Shown here: in pieces, positions 56,243 to 63,959 of the stretch
Layout: each line of letters starts with the position of its first letter
Numbering within the stretch: the stretch's first letter is position 1
NCBI GenBank assembly: GCA_964016885.1
Contig: OZ024742.1
Span: 265,484,001 to 265,547,959 of the forward strand
Length of the DNA stretch: 63,959 nt
Direction of reading: 5' to 3'
Origin: Eledone cirrhosa
Taxonomy: Eukaryota
Program-made: the position numbers and the translations under genes
The notes under the pieces: model-generated
What the model was told of the DNA's origin: nothing
The model's input: the letters and a program-made list of their open reading frames with translations, nothing else
Databases searched by the model: none

Positions 56243-56351
56243 CATGTATGTATGTCTCTCGGTATAAACTATTCTATACATACATATACATACATATACA
56301 CACACATACATACATACACATACATACATACACACACACAAACACATACAT

Positions 56352-56398
<47 letters not shown>

Positions 56399-56874
56399 TA
56401 TACACATATATACACACACACATACAAATACATACACATATACACATATACACACTCGTTCACACACATATATGTATATATATTGGGAAAAAGTAGTGGG
56501 ACAAATTATAAACTGAGCCTGATAAAAGATTAAAATATTTATTATCACTACTAAATTATTAATATTATCATCAAGTAAATAATTATTATTTATTATTTAC
56601 CATTCACTATTTATTACCTATCTTTTATCTTTTATCTATTCATTATTTAATCATTTACTTATTAAATAATAAATAAATGAATTAACTAACAAACAAACAA
56701 ACAGATAAACAAATAAACAAATAAACAAATAAATAAATAAATAAATAAATCTCGAACGTAGAACAATGGACTGTGCCATGATTCGGTCTTGTTTATCTTC
56801 TAATACCAACCCACTAAAAAAAATGTCCTACTATATATCTGTTGAATTACTATTCTTGGGGTTTTTATTTATTT

Positions 56875-56905
<31 letters not shown>

Positions 56906-56950
56906 TCCATTTATTTATTTATTTATTTATTTATTGATTTATTTATTTAC

Positions 56951-56981
<31 letters not shown>

Positions 56982-57212
56982 TTTCTTTTTATTTTACAAA
57001 AGCACTCCGGCTAATTGACCACTCCCCAAAGAAAAAACGGTCTGTGCCATGTTATGGTCCTGTGTATCTAAATACCAACCTACCCCAATAACCCCCCCCC
57101 CTTACCACTACCTATATGTATAAATACCAGAACTTAATACGACACCCAGCTTCTGAAGATTTCATCTCAATGAAACAGTTCTAGTCCCTGTAGAAGCTCC
57201 TTCTATACAATA
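55544..57212. mobile_element. About 450-bp inverted repeats (55544-55992 / 56760-57212), each ending in a hammerhead
   Basis: agcttc-CTGAAGA-tttcatctgaat-GAAA-c..ctg-TA-gaagct at 55558-55608 (-) and 57148-57198 (+). Confidence 0.85.
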
Positions 57213-57324
57213 TACATATTTATATATATATATACATATTTATACATATTTATATATATATATACATATTTATATATATTTATATATATATATACATATT
57301 TATATATATACACATATTTATATA

Positions 57325-57406
<82 letters not shown>

Positions 57407-58121
57407 TTATATATATACCATAATTTATAATATATATATATACATATTTATATATACATATTTATATATACATATTTATATATATACATATTTATATATA
57501 TATATATATACATATTTATATATATACATATTTATATACAATATTTATATATATACATATTTATATACATATTTATATATATATTTATATATATACATAT
57601 AAATATATATATACATATATATATACATATTTATATATATACATATTTATATATATACATATTTATATATATACATATATATACATATTTATATATATAC
57701 ATATTTATATATATACATATATATACATATTTATATATATAAATATATATACATATTTATGTATATACATATATACATATTTATATATATACATATATAT
57801 ATATTTATATATATACATATATTTATATATATACATATATATATATTTATATATATACATATATATATATTTATATATATACATATATATATATTTATAT
57901 ATATACATGTTTATATATATATTTATATATATACATATATATATATTTATATATATACATATATATTTATATATATTTATATATATACATATTATATATA
58001 TTTATATATATACATATTTATATATATACATATATACATATTTTATATATATACGATATATATATATATTTATATATATATACATATATATATTTATATA
58101 CACATATATCATATATTTATA

Positions 58122-59472
58122 TATAGAATTCACAAGAGTCAAGCTATGTTCAAAGCATTTATTCACTTACAATTGTTTAATCCAAACCTAGGGTTGTGTC
58201 TTCGGAGCATTTTTCAATGTGTGTACACATAATTGACCTCCTATCCAACGCAAGAGACATACAGATACATATATATATATATTGATGTACAGTGGAGTGA
58301 CATATATTTACTATACTGTCTTTGTACAGCAATTCAAATTCAAATCAAAATTAAAATACATTCGGCAGATAACACAGATAATGCAAGAGAATAGTTTGAT
58401 AGTTAAATCTAGTAGGTAGTGTATGCGTTAGTTACACATAGAGCATGCAAGTGTGTCTCATTTATAAGCGATTATTGTGTGGCAAGGTGTTACATGTAAT
58501 GCAAGCACTTTAAGCGGGTAAGCAAGAGTATTATGGTGGTTGTAGTGGTTGGGTATTTTTGTATAGATCAAAAAAGTATGTGTGCAGAAAAATAAAAGAA
58601 AAAGAAAAGAAACAGAAAAAGAAAAAGAAAGTTATTATTTTCACATTCAGAAAAAAGAAAACGTTTTTACATCCATCACATAAGATACGATGATTCCGTA
58701 TTGAATGTTTGATGCATTAAATTATTGTAGCGTATTGAGGCTCAGTATTATTTAATCCACATTTATAGAATAGGTTCTTTCTGCTGCGAGAACCTACAGT
58801 GGTTTATTACCCGGAAGTAGGTGTGTAATTAAGGGGAATAAATGCGTAAGGGAGGTAACTAGCTGATTCTCATAACTAAATTCATTGTTCTAACATCCAT
58901 TATATGGTGCCTCAATTGAGCCTCTTCTATAAAAGGTTATATATTTATATCTAATTTTCAATTTTAAATACAGTCTACTCTATCATAATGTATTAAAGTA
59001 TCTATAGGAAGTTGATTACTCCTTATTATATAGTGCTATAATTGAATTTTCCATATAAAGTGCGATATTTTTATATTAAGGTTCACTGTAAATACATTCT
59101 ACTCCAAAACATATCAGAGGACCTATTAGAATGTTGTCTACATAACCCCTGGTAATTTATGGAGCAGCGTATGGCTGTTTACATGACAAAAACTAATACA
59201 TCTCTAGGGCAGACAAATACATCCTTCATTTCCAATGTCATTAATCTATTCAATCTATGTTATACTTGCATATATAATTCATTGCAGCACCCTATATATA
59301 AGTTAGACAGATCCCTTATGTTAATAAATTAATCATATATATATCTAATGTTATTACTCCATACATTCAATTACAATTGCATATATAATTCACTGGCGTA
59401 TCTAGTATTTGGATGAAACAATTGTAAGTGAATAAATGCTTTGAACATAGCTTTGATTCTTGTGAATTCTAT
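58122..59472 (-). mobile_element. Decayed PLE-like element with 65-bp inverted termini containing HHR remnants
   Basis: 58122-58186 versus 59408-59472; GAAA-caattg-TA-agtgaat retained in one copy and CCGAAGA in the other; possible IY...LYIG remnant near 59300. Confidence 0.55.
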
Positions 59473-59639
59473 AAACTGCTCTGTAGAACAACTGATGTTA
59501 TTACATTGAGCTATTTATCTTACTGGTAATAGGTAGTAATAAATTACTGATCCTCACTGTTTAGGGTTCAAAATATACATAACTATAAAAAGTTTAAAAT
59601 ATACATAACCATAAATAGTATCCTGAATATTATATTTAT

Positions 59640-59739
59640 ATAAATATACATATATATATATATATATATATATGATAATATATATATATATATATATACA
59701 TACTTATATATAAATATATATATATATATATATACTACT

Positions 59740-59804
<65 letters not shown>

Positions 59805-59806
59805 CT

Positions 59807-59878
<72 letters not shown>

Positions 59879-60061
59879 CATACATACTTATATATATATA
59901 TATACATACATACTTATAATATATATATATATACATACTTATATATATATATATATATATATACATACTTACATACTTATATATATATATATATATATAT
60001 ACATACTTATATAATTATATATATATATACATACTTATATATATATATATATATATACATA

Positions 60062-60099
<38 letters not shown>

Positions 60100-60138
60100 C
60101 TTATATATATATATATATATATAATATATATATACATA

Positions 60139-60173
<35 letters not shown>

Positions 60174-60205
60174 TATACTTATATATATATATATATATAT
60201 ATATA

Positions 60206-60247
<42 letters not shown>

Positions 60248-60402
60248 CTTATATATATATATATATATATACATACTTATATATATATATATATACATAT
60301 ATATACATACTTATATATAATTTAATATATTACATACTTATATATATATATATACATAATATAATATATATATATACATACTTATATATATATATATACA
60401 TA

Positions 60403-60438
<36 letters not shown>

Positions 60439-60601
60439 CTTATATATATATACATACTTATATATATATATATATATATATATACATACTTATATATATA
60501 TATATATACATACTTATATATATATATATACATACTTATATATATATATATATATACATACTTATATATATATATATATATAATATATATATATACATAC
60601 T

Positions 60602-60651
<50 letters not shown>

Positions 60652-60685
60652 CTATATATATATATATATAATATATATATACATA

Positions 60686-60756
<71 letters not shown>

Positions 60757-60905
60757 TTATATATATATATATATATATACATACTTATATATATATATAC
60801 ATACTTATATATATATATACATACTTATATATATATATATATACATACTTATATATATATACATACTTATATATATATATACATACTTATATATATATAT
60901 ACATA

Positions 60906-60978
<73 letters not shown>

Positions 60979-61056
60979 TTATATATTTTTATATATATAT
61001 ACATATTTATATATATATATATACATATGCATATTTATATATATATACATATATAC

Positions 61057-61092
<36 letters not shown>

Positions 61093-61170
61093 TATATATA
61101 TAATACATATATACTTATTTATATATATATTTATATATAAATACATAATACTTATTTATATATATATATA
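59640..61170. repeat. Interrupted (TA)n array, CATACT(TA)n unit
   Basis: Direct reading. Confidence 0.95.
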
Positions 61171-63757
61171 TCATCATCATCATCATTTCACGTCCGCCTT
61201 TTCTTGCTTGCCAAGGGAGGGACGGGTGTTATTCAGCACAGCATCTCTCCTCTTGTAGTGGTCCTTCCTCATCTCCACCGTGAGCTTCCAGCGATCTGAG
61301 GTCTGTTCTCACCAACTCCGACCATGTTTTTTGTGGTCTACCTCTACCACGTCTTCCTTCAAATGTTATTTCCTGGCAATTCTTCACCCATCAGTCATCC
61401 TCCATGCGCATCACATGTCCATACCACCTCAGTCTCCTCTCCCGTACACTACATTCCATCCCTCTCAGACACAGTTTCTCTCTCAATACATTTATGCTGG
61501 ATCGTTCACGCACATTGACATTGCACATTCAACGGAGCATGCTTGCCTCATTTCTCTCCAGCCATTGCACATCCCCGTAACCGCTGCCCATGTCTCACCA
61601 CCATGCAGCATCGCGCTCCGGACACCAGGCATCATATAACCGGCCTTTCGTACGCAAGGAGAAACCCTTCTTCGTCAGCAGAGGAAGCAGTTCCCTAACT
61701 TCTTCCAATCCATCCTTATTCTAGATACTATGGCCTCGGAACACCCCCCTCCCATGCTAATCTGATCTCCTAGGTAGCGGAAGCTATCCACCACTTTTAT
61801 AGCACTCGCCTGCATTTGAAAAATGTGTCTATCAATGCGACTTCTACTGTCTAATTTCCGGTACATCTACTGCATACGTATTTCTCCCTACCTGTTAGTT
61901 TGCCTGCTATCCCACTACATCTCATGTCTACCTAGGATCTGCATTGTGTGCATTTTATAGAATTTATGCCAGTTCCTTTTCTGCATATCGAACATGGCCA
62001 ATTCCCTGACGGAATCGGAGTTTTGTCCTCTTTTCTACTCATCAACAGTTTTGTCTTAGCTAGATTCACTCTCAGTACTCTTGCTTCCAACTGCTGTTTC
62101 CATAGCCAGAATTTATTCTCTAGCTCCTCTACTGATTCTGCTATAAGAACCAAATCGTCAGCATAGGGAAGTTCCCATGGACAGCCTGTCTTAAACTCCT
62201 CTGTTATGGCTTGGAGGACTATAATGAACAAGAGGGCTGTGGATCGAACCTTGATGTACTCCTAGTTGTATCTGGAATTCCTCACTAAACTCAATCCTAT
62301 CCTGACTTTACTGACAGTACCTCTGTACAAAGTTTGCACACTCTTCACAAGCTATTCCTCAACACCTAGTATCCTTAGGGACCACCAGATGACAGATCGG
62401 GGTACCCTATCAAAGGCCTTCTCTAGGTCAACAAAGGCTAAGTATAGTTGCTTATTTTTCTCTAAGAACCTCTCTTGTAATTGTCTTACCACGAAGAGGT
62501 CATCTGTTGTACTCTTCTCGGTAAAAGACCAAGCTGCATCTCATCCAGTTTGACCCTTTCTCTAATTAGTTGTGCTAATATCCTTTCTGCCACTTTCATA
62601 AACTGATCCATCAGTTTTATACCCCTATAATTGCTCCTCACCAGAGCATTCCCTTTACCTTTGTAGCAATTTATGAGAATACTGCTGCACCAGTCTTCGG
62701 GTATGAGACCACCATATATAGCCTGATTGATGATGCGGGCAACCAGTTTAGTGCCTACGTCCCTGGTACCTTCAGCATCTCAGCAACTATCCCCGATGGT
62801 CAGCAGCCTTACCATTTTTCATTTCCTTAATCGGCTCTTGGACCCTATATTCGTCAATCTCAAGAGCTGGTCCCTCTGTCGGATCTACTAAGGGTAATTT
62901 CTCTCTCTCCCATTCGTCCTTCACATTCATCAGTCTCTCATAATGACATTTACAGGCCTCCTTTTTCTGAGTATTCGTGACACTAAGTACACTGGCATAA
63001 TTCCGGACACATTTATCTCCAACAACATCCTGATTTGCATTGACACACTGCCTTGCAATGTGGAACACCGCACGCCTCTGATCTTCCGTCGCAGAACATG
63101 GGCAAACCCACTACTCTCAGCCTACACCTGACGTCTAGCTTCTCTCTTAGCGGCTGTATATCCTTCTCTACTCCCACCCTTTTTCCAAGCCTTCCATGCT
63201 TGTCCTTTTGTCTCTACTGGCCTTATCTACTATGCTGTTCCACCACCAGGTCACTCTCTGTCTGGTTTGAGTTCTGCTCCAGCCACAAGTTTCATCAGTA
63301 GCTTGCAGTAAATTGTCACGTAAGAAATTCCAGTTATCATCTATGTCATACAACTTTAAATCGTCTTCTTTCCGTCATACACACCTTGAAGGGCTTTCCT
63401 AAATTTGTATTTTAGGGAAAGGTGTTTTAGCTTCCAGATCTTTCTTCTCCACACCTTCCTGTATGTCTCATTCCATCTCTTGCTTACTGAGATATCACTA
63501 AAGACTAACCTATGCTTTGGCTTACCATTCTTCCCCAGGGTATGCCTTGGTATTAGACACCATCTACCTGTCCCGCTGCCTAACTAAAGAAGTCAATCTT
63601 GCTTATGTGCTCGCTTGTTTTGTAGGTATAGGTGGTTGGCAGGTGCCTGGAAGTTAGTGTTGCAATTAGTAAGTGTACTTGCATCACAAAATTCAAGAAA
63701 TCTCACCTCCTTCTTCATTTCGTGAGCCATAACCGTGCCCAACATGTACCCCAGTGT
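61171..63757 (-). mobile_element. RTE/RTE-X-like LINE with (TGA)n tail, decayed
   Basis: APE remnant, TWWWN, MKNGKA, NYRGIKL, FVDLEKAFDRVPR, WELPYADDL, WPCSICRKG, FRYLGD; (TCA)n at 61171. Confidence 0.9.
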
Positions 63758-63959
63758 GTATATATATATGTATATATATATATACATATATATATACATA
63801 TATATATATATATACACATATATATATATATATATACATATATATTGGTAAACGGAATAGAAATGCTGACAAATTGTTCACAGTTGAAAAATGGTTTAAT
63901 TAGGAATAAAAGAGTATTAGTGATTGTATGGGTTAGTATTCAGTTGTGGTTTTAAGTTT

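Overview
Eukaryotic, very AT-rich, repeat-dominated DNA with no recognisable host gene. The SINE families and huge (TA)n-type arrays suggest an animal genome, most likely a cephalopod such as Octopus (inference). Nearly all predicted ORFs are microsatellite artefacts. The real content is mobile DNA. It includes Penelope-like elements (PLEs; RT plus GIY-YIG, one with an uninterrupted 1.6-kb frame), RTE and CR1/L2-type LINEs, a CRE-like and a HERO-like RLE retrotransposon, an internally deleted mariner, three Helitron derivatives and many tRNA-derived SINEs. The main signal is RNA structure, read by eye and not folded computationally. More than a dozen type I hammerhead ribozyme (HHR) motifs sit in PLE 3' ends or in short fold-back mini-elements embedded in (TA)n. 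Separately, five loci from four unrelated sequence families carry the hammerhead core strands in a non-circularly permuted order (stem III-NUH-stem I ... GAAA-stem III ... stem I-CUGAUGA), with covarying stems and an extra enclosing helix.
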